A stretch of 28,082 nt of DNA from Myxococcota bacterium (GCA_036336835.1 JAYZFK010000083.1:1-28082); one strand, 5' to 3'; positions 1 to 8,679 are shown, counted from the first letter of the stretch. Notes: a model not told the origin generated them from the letters alone. Numbers and translations are program-made.

Positions 1-54
1 CAGCGTCTCGACGATCAGCTTCTTGATTTCGGCCTCGAGGCCCGCACGCTCCAT
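1..54 (-). CDS. Acyl carrier protein, N-terminal fragment (runs off the left edge)
   Basis: Not in the ORF track. ATG at 54 reads MERAGLEAEIKKLIVETL..., like the first helix of ACPs in aryl-polyene/type II FAS-like clusters. Purine-rich AAGAAGGCAGGG lies upstream and the gene is downstream of a ligase and a COG4648-like gene. The phosphopantetheine Ser is outside the window. Confidence 0.7.
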   Translation of the reverse strand, partial: MERAGLEAEIKKLIVETL

Positions 55-101
55 CCGGTCGTCCCTGCCTTCTTGATCGAGCGCTGTGGTCGCGCAGGGC
101 G

Positions 102-107
102 AATATA
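102..107 (-). promoter_or_regulatory. Candidate -10 box (TATATT) for the ACP gene
   Basis: AT-rich TAnnnT hexamer 47 nt upstream of the ATG at 54, abutting a 9-bp inverted repeat (108-131). Confidence 0.4.
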
Positions 108-535
108 CCCCACCGCGTCGAGGCGGTGGGGAGCGACGCGATGGCCTGGGCGGAACTCCCCCCGCCGAGAACGCCTTTCCGCCGTCCAGGACCGTTGCGA
201 TTGGGTACCCGGAGAAGGCTAACCGAGCCCCGCCTGCTGCTCAGCCCTGACCCACCCGCTACAAGCGTTCACGTCGGCGGACCGAACCTCGTCGTCGTGC
301 GCAGCCTGCGCCATCTCGGCGAGCGTCCCGGACGCTGTGCACGGCAATCCCGGTCACTTCGACGCGCGAGTGGATCGAGATCGACCTCTGCAACACCACC
401 GACAACCCACTGATCGATCCGAGCACCGGCGCGGCGGTCGCGAGCGCGGCCGACAGGTGCGCCGCGGCGATCTCCCGATCGGTGCGCTCGACGAGAACAT
501 CTGAGCCAGACACCGCCTAGCGACAGTGGAGTCGC

Positions 536-1294
536 TCAGAGATGAAGGACGTCCGGCACGAGCGACGCGTCGAGCGGCTCGCCGCGTCGGGCGCCGCCAG
601 GGCCGTAGCCGGCAGCGCGGAGCGCCGAAATGTAGCGCTGGGAGCGTCGACCACGTTCGTTGACTTCGGGCGGGAACAGGCCCGCGAGCGTACGATCGAG
701 CGGGCCGTCGCCGTAGTAGCGGAACCACGATTTGCGCACCAGGAACTCGATCGCACAGAGCATCGCGATCAGCCCGGGATACACGACCACCGTGTAGCGG
801 CGCCACGGCTCCGTCGGGCCGAAGGCGAGCACACCGATCCAGACACAATTTGCGGCGAAGAAGGCGGCCCAGAGGAGCGTCAGCCTGCGGCAGTAGGCGA
901 GCGTAAAGGACGGCAGATACGGCTGCACCAGCCGCGCACCGCGCTCGACGATCGACGCCCGGCTCGCGACCGAGCCGGCAAAGATCGCCGCCAGGTAGAG
1001 ATTCACGAGCGCCGGGAAGAGGTACAGGTAGGTGCGGTCGGCGCTGCCCGTGGCGAGGCCCAACAGGACGAGTGCACCCGCGTTCTGCGCCAGGAGACGG
1101 AGCGGCCTGCGCTCAACTGCCAGGCGAACGACCATCGCGATCAGCACCGCTGCCAGCAGTGTGCCTGCTGTCACACGGACTCCAAGGCGTTCGATCGCCT
1201 GGTCGCCAAGCAGCGGATAGGCCAAGGCCCCGAGCGCGAGCAGGAGCGCGGCAATCGCCGTCCCTGGGGTCGGGCGCTCGAAGCCGGTCGGCAC
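536..1294 (-). CDS. COG4648-like membrane protein (aryl polyene/xanthomonadin cluster type), 252 aa
   Basis: Several hydrophobic segments plus the family-like pattern FPALVN...SIVERGARL...YCRRLTLLWAAFF...W..Y...EFLVR. The GTG at 1294 overlaps the upstream TAG (TAGTG). Confidence 0.8.
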   Translation of the reverse strand: MPTGFERPTPGTAIAALLLALGALAYPLLGDQAIERLGVRVTAGTLLAAVLIAMVVRLAVERRPLRLLAQNAGALVLLGLATGSADRTYLYLFPALVNLYLAAIFAGSVASRASIVERGARLVQPYLPSFTLAYCRRLTLLWAAFFAANCVWIGVLAFGPTEPWRRYTVVVYPGLIAMLCAIEFLVRKSWFRYYGDGPLDRTLAGLFPPEVNERGRRSQRYISALRAAGYGPGGARRGEPLDASLVPDVLHL

Positions 1295-2754
1295 TAGCCC
1301 GAGTCCTCGGACGCACGGGCCCGACGAAGTTTGCCCGTCGCAGTCATCGCGAGCGCCTCCACGACGCAAAACTCGCGCGGAACCTTGTAGGCCGCGAGCT
1401 GCTCGCGGCAGTGGCGCGAGAGCTCGCGCTTGTCGGGGGCGTGCTCCGGGTCGCTGGGGACGAACTCCGCCGCGGGGATCTCGCCGAGCTGAGCGTGTTC
1501 ACGCGCGAACACGCGCGAGCTGCAGATACCGGGGTGGCTGTCGAGAACCACCTCGACCTCCTCGGCAAAGAACTTCAGGCCGGCCATGTTGATGCGGTTG
1601 GCCCGCCGGCCGGCGAGATGGAGATCGCCCTCGGCGTCGAACCATCCCTGGTCGCCCGTGCGGAAGCCGTCGGGCTCGAGCAGCGCGCGAGACGGAGTCC
1701 ACGGGTGCAGATAGGCGTCGAACAGGCCGCTGCCACGGATGCAGATCTCTCCGCTGCGCTCGGCGGACGACGGATCCTCCACTTGCGCGCCGGCGTCGTC
1801 GCGCAGCCACAGCTGATAGGCGTCGCCAGGCCGGCCCAGCGCCTCGGGCTTGCTGGTCGCGCTCTCGAGATTCACGACGGGAAGCCCGACCTCGATGATC
1901 CCGAGCGCCTGGACGAGCGGGAGCGCAAAACGCGCACGAAACGCAGCGGCAACCGAGGCACGCAGACCATCCGCGGTCGAGACGCTTAGTCGCACCGATT
2001 CGAGACCGAGCGAGGACACGTCCTTGGCGAGGACCCCATAGTGATATGGCGAAGCGTAGAAGACGCTCGCGCGTGCGCGTGCGGCCAGGGCGAGGACGTC
2101 GTGGGCGAAGTTGCTCGCCGGGAGCAGGATCGTCGCACCCGCGCGCAGGTAGAGCAGGATCGAGACCAGGAAGTGGTGTGCCATCGGCAACAGCCACATG
2201 ACGCGGTCGCCGGGTCCGATCTCGAGAGCAGCGTTCGCGTTCGCAAGGCGAGCAGCGACGGCAGCGTGCCCCACGACCACACCCTTGCGCTCGTTGGTCG
2301 TACCTGATGTGAATCGCATATAGGCAGGATCGAAGGCGCGAAACACCCGTTCGCCACTCCCATCCACCGGAGCGACGTCGGAGAAGGAACGACACCCCAG
2401 GTCACTCGTCCGCTCGATCAGGTGGTGCAGGGAAGACCCGCGCACGGACCGTTCGAGCGCAGCACCCGTCACCCCATCCGGGATCGGGACGAAGCAGGCC
2501 TCGGCGGCCAGGATACCGAGGGCCGCCTCCACGAAGCCGGTACCCTGGGGCGCGACCAGACCGCAGCGATCGCCTGCCCCGACACCGGCCTTGACCAGGG
2601 CGCGAGCGCGCTCTTCCATCCGCGCGACGAGTGTGGCGTAGTCGATCGTCTCGTCCGGACCGTCGCCACGGCCGCCGACCACCAGCGCCGGGTGATCCGG
2701 GTTCGCGCGCGCAAAGTCGCGGATCGCATCGATGACGAAGAGGGGAGTGCTCAC
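1294..2754 (-). CDS. Class I adenylate-forming enzyme (AMP-dependent acyl/aryl-CoA or -ACP ligase), 486 aa
   Basis: P-loop FTSGTTNERKG, FRTGD, GRR..RIN..G.K...EEVE and catalytic Lys in TATGKL. GTG start at 2754 overlaps the upstream stop (GTGA). Confidence 0.9.
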   Translation of the reverse strand: MSTPLFVIDAIRDFARANPDHPALVVGGRGDGPDETIDYATLVARMEERARALVKAGVGAGDRCGLVAPQGTGFVEAALGILAAEACFVPIPDGVTGAALERSVRGSSLHHLIERTSDLGCRSFSDVAPVDGSGERVFRAFDPAYMRFTSGTTNERKGVVVGHAAVAARLANANAALEIGPGDRVMWLLPMAHHFLVSILLYLRAGATILLPASNFAHDVLALAARARASVFYASPYHYGVLAKDVSSLGLESVRLSVSTADGLRASVAAAFRARFALPLVQALGIIEVGLPVVNLESATSKPEALGRPGDAYQLWLRDDAGAQVEDPSSAERSGEICIRGSGLFDAYLHPWTPSRALLEPDGFRTGDQGWFDAEGDLHLAGRRANRINMAGLKFFAEEVEVVLDSHPGICSSRVFAREHAQLGEIPAAEFVPSDPEHAPDKRELSRHCREQLAAYKVPREFCVVEALAMTATGKLRRARASEDSG

Positions 2755-4046
2755 GGCAGGGGCTCTCCGACATGCTTCGCGATCGCGTCGCGCACCGCCC
2801 CTGGATCGATATCGATGAGATCGCCGAGAGTGCTCGCCGCGAGTGCGGCGGCCGCGCCGATCGCCTCGCCGGTCGCGATTGCGGTGCCGATCACCCGCAG
2901 CGAGCCGAGTGCCTCGTGCGTTGCCGACATACAGCGGCCAGCCATGCCGAGTCGCGGCTGCTCGGCGGCGATCAACGCACCCAGTGGGATCGAGCAGGAG
3001 CCCTCGACGTGCTCGAAGCGCGCGCGTTCGTGCCCCTCCCACAGCTCGAGCGGCCAGCAGGCACGCGCAACCTCGGCCGGATCACTGCGACCCTCGATCA
3101 CGTGGTCGGCGGTGATCTCGACGCGCCCCGCGACACGCCGACTCTCGCGTATCCCGATGCGTGCCGGCGCCTCGTCGAGCTCGGCGCGCTCGAAGCCCTC
3201 ACGCTGCGTACGCAGGAAGTCGAGCACCGCCGACGCTCCCTCGAGCGCCCACGCCGCGAGTCGCGTCCGCTGCGAAGCGTCGAGTGGGTCGAAGACTTCG
3301 CTGTCGGGCTTGGGCAGGTTGAGGGTCATGTGGGCCTCCCCGGGTCTCCCGCCCGGGCGCAGCAGCACCGAGTCGCAGCCGGCCGGCAGCACGCCGACTC
3401 GCGCCGCCCGCGCGACGCCGGTCGCGAGCTGCATGCGCGCGAAGCCGGCCAGCGCCGCCTTGGGCACACCGCGGAGCCGAACGATATACGAGGGATGCTG
3501 CAACGTCGCCGCCGGCTCGCAACGTGTCGCCGCGCCGGCCAGGCAGGCCGCATCGCCGTCGCCGCTCGCGTCGATCGCCACCCATGCCTGCGCCTCGCGC
3601 CGGCGGCCGTCGACCTCGAAGAGCAGCCTGTGCGGCTCGCCGGCCGTTGCGGCACGAAACGAAACGAGCTCGGCACCGAGACACAGCTCGACTCCGGGGC
3701 TTCGTTCGAGACACGCCTGCCCGAGCCGCTCGAACCCGGCGGGCCGGATCGGGAGCACGTGCACGCGCCCCGCTCGTTCGGGCTCGCCAGCCTCGCCCCG
3801 CGAGCGGAGCGCCCTCTCGAGCGCAACCGGCAGGCCCGTATGCACGCGGCGCAGCGGCTCGCTGTCGGCGGGCTCGAACAGGCCACAGATGGTGTGGACG
3901 AAAGCGTTCGCGATGTTTCCGCCGAGCCGCGGGCCACGATCCACGAGCAGCGTACGCGCACCGGAGCGCGCGGCCGCTAGCGCCGCCGCCAATCCCGCCG
4001 GTCCGGCGCCGACAACGGCAACATCGCACGCAATCGGCGAGCTCAC
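2751..4046 (-). CDS. FAD-dependent oxidoreductase (FAD_oxidored-type), 431 aa
   Basis: DVAVVGAGPAG Rossmann motif, IDASGDGDAA, GIRESRR, AGRCMSATHEALGSLRV and GEAIGAAAA. GTGA overlap with the upstream gene. Confidence 0.9.
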   Translation of the reverse strand: MSSPIACDVAVVGAGPAGLAAALAAARSGARTLLVDRGPRLGGNIANAFVHTICGLFEPADSEPLRRVHTGLPVALERALRSRGEAGEPERAGRVHVLPIRPAGFERLGQACLERSPGVELCLGAELVSFRAATAGEPHRLLFEVDGRRREAQAWVAIDASGDGDAACLAGAATRCEPAATLQHPSYIVRLRGVPKAALAGFARMQLATGVARAARVGVLPAGCDSVLLRPGGRPGEAHMTLNLPKPDSEVFDPLDASQRTRLAAWALEGASAVLDFLRTQREGFERAELDEAPARIGIRESRRVAGRVEITADHVIEGRSDPAEVARACWPLELWEGHERARFEHVEGSCSIPLGALIAAEQPRLGMAGRCMSATHEALGSLRVIGTAIATGEAIGAAAALAASTLGDLIDIDPGAVRDAIAKHVGEPLP

Positions 4047-5395
4047 TCCGAGACCTCCGGCGCCAGCAGATCCCGCCGCAGCCCGGCGCGCAGCCGAGCG
4101 ACCTCGTCGTCACTGACAGCACCCTGCTGGTACACGTGCACCGCGTTCAGACGTCCGCCGCGGAGGCACAGAATGATCCCGCTGCCGGGCGACGCCGGCA
4201 CCGACGGCGTGTGATAGCCGTTCAGGACGCGCGCACCGCACAGCCGTTCGACATCGGGCGCGAACTCCCCGGTGTAGGCGAAGAAGAACGAACACAGCTC
4301 GCCGCCGAAGCTTCGCCGCGCCATGCGCGCGTAGACGGGCATCGGGGCGTAGCGGGCCATGTCCATCGCGGCGATTCCGTTCTCGACTGCGCATTGCTTG
4401 ATCAGCTCGTGGCGCTGCGCCTTGAGCTCGTCGATCAGGCCGCCGAGCGTCTGTACGTGCTCGGGCAGCACCTGGAACCAGAGCATCGAGACGCGCGTCC
4501 GGAAGAGCGCTCCGCCGGCGCCCTTCGGTCGAACATTCACGGGCAGCGGTACCACGAAGCTCTCCGGCACGACCCCGCGCGCGCGCAGCACCTCGGCGTG
4601 TGCGCGGATGGCGGCCGCGAGATAGAACAGCATGGGCGTCAGGAAGCCTGCGCGATCCGCAGCCAGCTCGAGCGCGCGTCGCGTCTCGTTGCTCGAGAAG
4701 ACATCGAGCTCGAAGCGCAGCTGCTGCGGCCCGCTCCGCAGCGGACCGCCGAGCGAACGCGGCGGAGAGGCAGCCAGGCTCGCCCTGTGAGCCTGCCAAG
4801 CTCGCGCCCGCTCGCCCCGCCGTCGGAAGCCCTCCTCCGTGAGCGCCGCGGCGAGGCCCGTATCACGGCTCCACTCGTCGGCCGGAAGATCGCGCGGATC
4901 GCGTTCCCCATCAGCAACGCCCGCCAGATGGGTCAGGAAGTTCTCGCTACCGGCTCCGTCCATCAGCATGTGCGCCCAGGTGAGCGCCAGGTCCGTCCCG
5001 TCCGCCCGCGGCACGATATCGACGGCCAGCAGCTCACCGCGCCGCAGCGCGAAAGTCGAGTTCAGTCGCTCGAAGAACACCCGCGGAGTGCCGTTCGCTG
5101 CGCGCGGTGTCGCCGGCGAATGCACCGCAACGTGCGGCATCGGCGCGCTTGCCGCGAGATCGAGCCGGTAGACCGGCGCACCAAAGACCGGACGACGAAT
5201 CGGTGCACGCAGGATCGGGCAGGCACGAACGAGCTCGCCGAGCACCGATTCGAACTGCTTCGCGTCGAAGCCGGAGCCGAGCTCCAGCACGAGCTGCGAG
5301 AGATGACTCGCGCGATTTCGTCGCCGCGTCTGCCAGTCGAAAGCGCGCAGGAAGCAGTCGGCGCCTGTCAGCGGGAGCCGCGTGGGAAGCTCCAC
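4043..5395 (-). CDS. Standalone condensation-domain / CoA-dependent acyltransferase-like protein, about 450 aa
   Basis: AHMLMDGAG matches the HxxxDG catalytic motif. Also L..ACPILRA.I in the N-lobe and VPLPVNVRP in the C-lobe. Start is uncertain (GTG 5395 or ATG 5428). Confidence 0.7.
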   Translation of the reverse strand: MELPTRLPLTGADCFLRAFDWQTRRRNRASHLSQLVLELGSGFDAKQFESVLGELVRACPILRAPIRRPVFGAPVYRLDLAASAPMPHVAVHSPATPRAANGTPRVFFERLNSTFALRRGELLAVDIVPRADGTDLALTWAHMLMDGAGSENFLTHLAGVADGERDPRDLPADEWSRDTGLAAALTEEGFRRRGERARAWQAHRASLAASPPRSLGGPLRSGPQQLRFELDVFSSNETRRALELAADRAGFLTPMLFYLAAAIRAHAEVLRARGVVPESFVVPLPVNVRPKGAGGALFRTRVSMLWFQVLPEHVQTLGGLIDELKAQRHELIKQCAVENGIAAMDMARYAPMPVYARMARRSFGGELCSFFFAYTGEFAPDVERLCGARVLNGYHTPSVPASPGSGIILCLRGGRLNAVHVYQQGAVSDDEVARLRAGLRRDLLAPEVSE

Positions 5396-5399
5396 GGTT

Positions 5400-6641
5400 T
5401 CAGCGGACCCGCAGATCGTCGGGGTCATTGTCGAGCAGCCCTCGACGACACATGAAGTCGAGCAGACCGACGCTGTAGCGCCTGGTAGTCGCTTCACCCG
5501 TGAACACGCGCGGCAAGTGCTTCTGGAAGTGAGAGTTCATCAGCCAGCCGATTGGAGTCCGGCGCACCACCTCGCCAACGCGGAACAGAGTGAACAGCCG
5601 GCCGTTGTAGAAGTGGTCGACCACGCGCTGCCAGTTACGCAGATGGCGCAGCACGTGGGTCTCGTAGCGTTCGAACGCCGCGCGGTCGGCGGATACGATC
5701 GCGCGCGCCAGCTCCCGCGCCGAGTCGAGCGCGATCAGCAGACCGCTCGAGAAGACGGGATCGATGAAGCCGAACGCGTCACCCGCCAGTACCCAGTTCT
5801 CGCCGTGCGCGCGCGTGGTCGAGAGCTGATAGTTCGTGTAGCGGAGCACAGGGCTGATGCGTCTGGGCTCGCCGCCCCACGCCTTGATCGCAGGGTCGTG
5901 TGAGAGGTAGCGATCGAACTGCTGCTCGCTGCTCGCGCCGAAGCCTCGGGTGAAATCGCTGTCGAGCACCAGTCCGACGGACACGCGGCCGGGGAGCGGA
6001 ATGCGCCAGCCCCAACCGCGCTCCAGATGATCGGTGTGCACGTGGCCCGGCGCGACGAGCGGTACGCCGGTGCAGTGCGCGAACAGCGCCGTATCGCGCC
6101 GTTCACCGGTCTCGGTCGGCAGATCGAACAGGCGCGCAAACGCGCGCGAGCGTCCGCTTGCATCGACCACGAGATCCGGCTGCTCGCCGCCGAACGCAGA
6201 TGATTCAGCCAGCGTGGCCTCGTCCAGCACGACGCGATCGCCCTCGGCGTGGAAGCGCGCGGTCGCCTCCACAACGTCCGCACCCGCGCGGCGTGCAGCG
6301 GCCAGGATCGACGCATCGAGCCGGTCTCGCGGGACGTTGTAGCTGTAGCGCGTGCGCGCCTTGCGCACTTCGTCGAAGCGGAAGCTCATCTCGCCGTCGC
6401 GCAGCACGAAGGTCGCACCGGGCTTGAAGACGCTGTACTCGCGCACCTCGTCCTCGATGCCGAGCTCCTGCAGGAAGGGCACGGTGGCCGGAACCAGCGA
6501 CTCGCCGATCACGAGCGGGGGCCGAGCACCGGACGCGAACAGCACGACGCGGCGCTGCCCGCCGCGCGCCAGATACGTGGCAAGCGCGGCACCCGTGGGC
6601 CCTCCGCCCACGATTGCAACGCAGCGGTCGCTTCCCGACAT
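5400..6641 (-). CDS. Flavin-dependent halogenase-like NAD(P)/FAD oxidoreductase (tryptophan halogenase superfamily), 413 aa
   Basis: GGGPTG FAD motif, IGESLVP, candidate catalytic Lys in FKPGATF, WGWRIP (WxWxIP) and GDAFGFIDPVFSSG (Fx.Px.SxG). ATG at 6641; the longer ORF-track extension is antisense to the next gene. Confidence 0.85.
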   Translation of the reverse strand: MSGSDRCVAIVGGGPTGAALATYLARGGQRRVVLFASGARPPLVIGESLVPATVPFLQELGIEDEVREYSVFKPGATFVLRDGEMSFRFDEVRKARTRYSYNVPRDRLDASILAAARRAGADVVEATARFHAEGDRVVLDEATLAESSAFGGEQPDLVVDASGRSRAFARLFDLPTETGERRDTALFAHCTGVPLVAPGHVHTDHLERGWGWRIPLPGRVSVGLVLDSDFTRGFGASSEQQFDRYLSHDPAIKAWGGEPRRISPVLRYTNYQLSTTRAHGENWVLAGDAFGFIDPVFSSGLLIALDSARELARAIVSADRAAFERYETHVLRHLRNWQRVVDHFYNGRLFTLFRVGEVVRRTPIGWLMNSHFQKHLPRVFTGEATTRRYSVGLLDFMCRRGLLDNDPDDLRVR

Positions 6642-6649
6642 GGCGGGCG

Positions 6650-6658
6650 ATGCTAGCA
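6650..6658 (-). promoter_or_regulatory. Extended -10 promoter (TGcTAGCAT) of the biosynthetic operon, near-leaderless
   Basis: TGnTAnnnT ends 8 nt before the ATG at 6641 and there is no SD. It overlaps one arm of the inverted repeat GCAGCCC-N11-GGGCTGC (6656-6680). Confidence 0.55.
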
Positions 6659-6728
6659 GCCCACGAAAGTCTCGGGCTGCGGGCTTGCAGGGGTGAGAGG
6701 ATGCGCCCAACATGGGCAGCGAGGTCGA

Positions 6729-8240
6729 ATGCGCTTCCACGGTGAGTCTCGAGACGATCGCTACGACGCGATCGTGATCGGAGCCGGGCTCGGCGGCCTG
6801 TCGGCGGCGGCGACGCTGGCGCACGGCGGGCGGAAGACGCTCGTGGTCGAACGCCACGACCGACCCGGTGGCTACGCCCACGCGTTCAAACGCAAGCGCT
6901 ATCAGTTCGACTCGGCCATCCACTTGATCGGCGGCGGCGCCGGCGGGCTGGTCGCCCAGACGCTGGCCGAGCTCGACATCGGCGACCGCTGCGAGCTCGT
7001 GCGCGTCGACCCGTTCTACAGCGGCGTGTATCCCGGCTTTCGCCTCGATGCACCGCTGGGACGCGATGCCTTCCTGGAGGCCCACGTGCGCGCCTTCCCG
7101 AACGAGAAGCAGGGCCTCGCGCGCTTCCTCGACACCTGCCTCGCAATCCGCAACGAGACCGAGCGCGTCCCGGCGCTGGCGGGCGTCGGTGCCGTGCTCG
7201 AGCGCGCCCGCGACTTCCCGACCCTGGTCCGCTACCACCGCGCAACCCTCGCCCGTGTCCTCGACGACCACCTCGGCGACCCGCGCGCGAAGACCGTGCT
7301 CGCCACACTCTGGCCCTACCTCGGGCTACCACCCTCGCGATTGTCATTCCACTACTTCGCGATGATGCTGGCTTCCTACCTGGAAGAGGGCGCCTGGTAT
7401 TGCCGCGGCAGCTTCCAGCGCCTGGCCTCGGCTTTCGTGTATGCACTCGAACGCGACGGCGGCGAGCTGCTGCTCAAGAGCACAGTGAGACGCGTGCGTG
7501 TCGAGCAGGGGCGCGTGGCCGGTGTCGTCCTCGAGAACGGCCAGCGCATCGATGCCCCGCGCGTGGTGTCCGGCGTCGACGCCCTGCAGACCTTCGACGA
7601 GCTGGTCGGAGACCAATATCTGCCCGAGGGTTTCTCGGATTCTGTCGCCAGGCTCGAGCCGAGCCTGTCCGCCTTCGTCGTGTATGGCGCCACGGCACTC
7701 GACCTGCGCGACGCCGGTGCCGAGCACGAGATGTTCCTGTACCGGACCTGGGATCACGAGCAGGATTGGGCCGCTGCACAGCACGGCGAGATCCTGCGCA
7801 TCGGCTTCACCGTTCCCACGCTGGCCGATCCGTCTCTCGCACCGAGCGGCGAGCAGCTGTTCAGCATCACGGTCCTGCTCCCCTACGCGCTCACGACTGC
7901 CTGGGCCGACGAGAAGCAGCACTACACCGAGCACCTGCTCGATCTGGCGAACGACGCCTTCCCCGGCTTGCGCGATCAGCTGCGCTTTGCCGAAGGCGCG
8001 ACACCGCGCACCTTCGAGCGCTACACACGCAATCGCGACGGCGCGATGTACGGCTGGAACCCCTCGCCCGAGCAGACGGGCCCGCTGCGTCTCGCGCCGA
8101 AGACCCCCATCCCGGGGCTCCACCTCGCCGGCCACTGGACCCAGCCCGGCCCCGGCGTCTACGGCGCGATCGCCTCGGGCCGCAACACCGCGCGTACGAT
8201 CCTGGGGCGAGCCGCGGCGGGGCCGGCGTCGAATCGTTGA
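6729..8240 (+). CDS. Phytoene desaturase / retinol saturase family FAD oxidoreductase, 503 aa
   Basis: YDAIVIGAGLGG, VERHDRPGGYAHAF.R..Y.FD, ATPRTFERYT...GAMYG and TPIPGLHLAGHWTQPGPG. GAGG lies upstream of ATG 6729. Confidence 0.9.
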   Translation: MRFHGESRDDRYDAIVIGAGLGGLSAAATLAHGGRKTLVVERHDRPGGYAHAFKRKRYQFDSAIHLIGGGAGGLVAQTLAELDIGDRCELVRVDPFYSGVYPGFRLDAPLGRDAFLEAHVRAFPNEKQGLARFLDTCLAIRNETERVPALAGVGAVLERARDFPTLVRYHRATLARVLDDHLGDPRAKTVLATLWPYLGLPPSRLSFHYFAMMLASYLEEGAWYCRGSFQRLASAFVYALERDGGELLLKSTVRRVRVEQGRVAGVVLENGQRIDAPRVVSGVDALQTFDELVGDQYLPEGFSDSVARLEPSLSAFVVYGATALDLRDAGAEHEMFLYRTWDHEQDWAAAQHGEILRIGFTVPTLADPSLAPSGEQLFSITVLLPYALTTAWADEKQHYTEHLLDLANDAFPGLRDQLRFAEGATPRTFERYTRNRDGAMYGWNPSPEQTGPLRLAPKTPIPGLHLAGHWTQPGPGVYGAIASGRNTARTILGRAAAGPASNR

Positions 8241-8268
8241 CTCTCCGAGTCCGGCCTCGTGGCTGGCG

Positions 8269-8595
8269 CTACTCGACGTCCTCCCAGTCGCGACCGTAGT
8301 GGATCAGGATCTCGGCACCGGGCTGGATGTTGCGGATCGCGTGGAGATCGAGACCATCGATCTCCGCATTGGGTCGCGACGAGTGATTGAGGAAGCGAAG
8401 CGAGTTGGTGACCAGCAGGCCTTCGGCACTCCCATCGTTGTCGAGCAGCCACAGCACGTGCTCGCCATCGCGCCGGGTCGGCCGGCCCTCGAAGCGGCCG
8501 ATGCCCTGACCCGGCTGAAACCGCCGGAGCGCGAAGACACCGCGACCGTGAAACGAGCTCTTGGCGACGCGGATCCGTTTCCTCAGCCCACTCAT
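8269..8595 (-). CDS. Minimal SET-domain protein (putative protein-lysine methyltransferase), 108 aa
   Basis: S..HGRGVFA, RFLNHSSRPNA and AIRNIQPGAEILIHYG match SET motifs; no post-SET cysteines. The start at 8595 is supported by a -10 box 7 nt upstream. Confidence 0.88.
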   Translation of the reverse strand: MSGLRKRIRVAKSSFHGRGVFALRRFQPGQGIGRFEGRPTRRDGEHVLWLLDNDGSAEGLLVTNSLRFLNHSSRPNAEIDGLDLHAIRNIQPGAEILIHYGRDWEDVE

Positions 8596-8602
8596 GCACT
8601 CG

Positions 8603-8608
8603 AGCATA
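8603..8608 (-). promoter_or_regulatory. -10 box TATGCT (leaderless SET gene)
   Basis: TAnnnT 7 nt upstream of ATG 8595, no SD. Confidence 0.55.
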
Positions 8609-8623
8609 CTCATCAGAAACAAT

Positions 8624-8657
8624 CGTCGCGCCCGGGGGTGCGTCGCGCCGGGGGGTG
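8624..8657. repeat. 17-bp tandem direct repeat, 2 copies
   Basis: CGTCGCGCCCGGGGGTG followed by CGTCGCGCCGGGGGGTG (1 mismatch), between the divergent SET and TPR promoters. Confidence 0.8.
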
Positions 8658-8679
8658 CGAAGCGCCGTCGCCGCGGCAG

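Noticed and set aside
126..513. ORFs 126..413 (+) and 259..513 (-) as intact genes
   Set aside because: No recognisable motifs or SD and Arg/Pro-rich composition; the region is kept only as a possible relic.
2422..5455. Long + strand ORFs (2422..4116, 2772..3980, 3524..5455) and similar long antisense ORFs elsewhere, e.g. 19301..21145 and 24147..25763
   Set aside because: Shadow ORFs opposite well-supported genes, expected in high-GC DNA; no motifs.
6642..7271. 210-aa N-terminal extension of the halogenase ORF
   Set aside because: Antisense to the desaturase-family gene; the FAD motif and promoter place the start at 6641.
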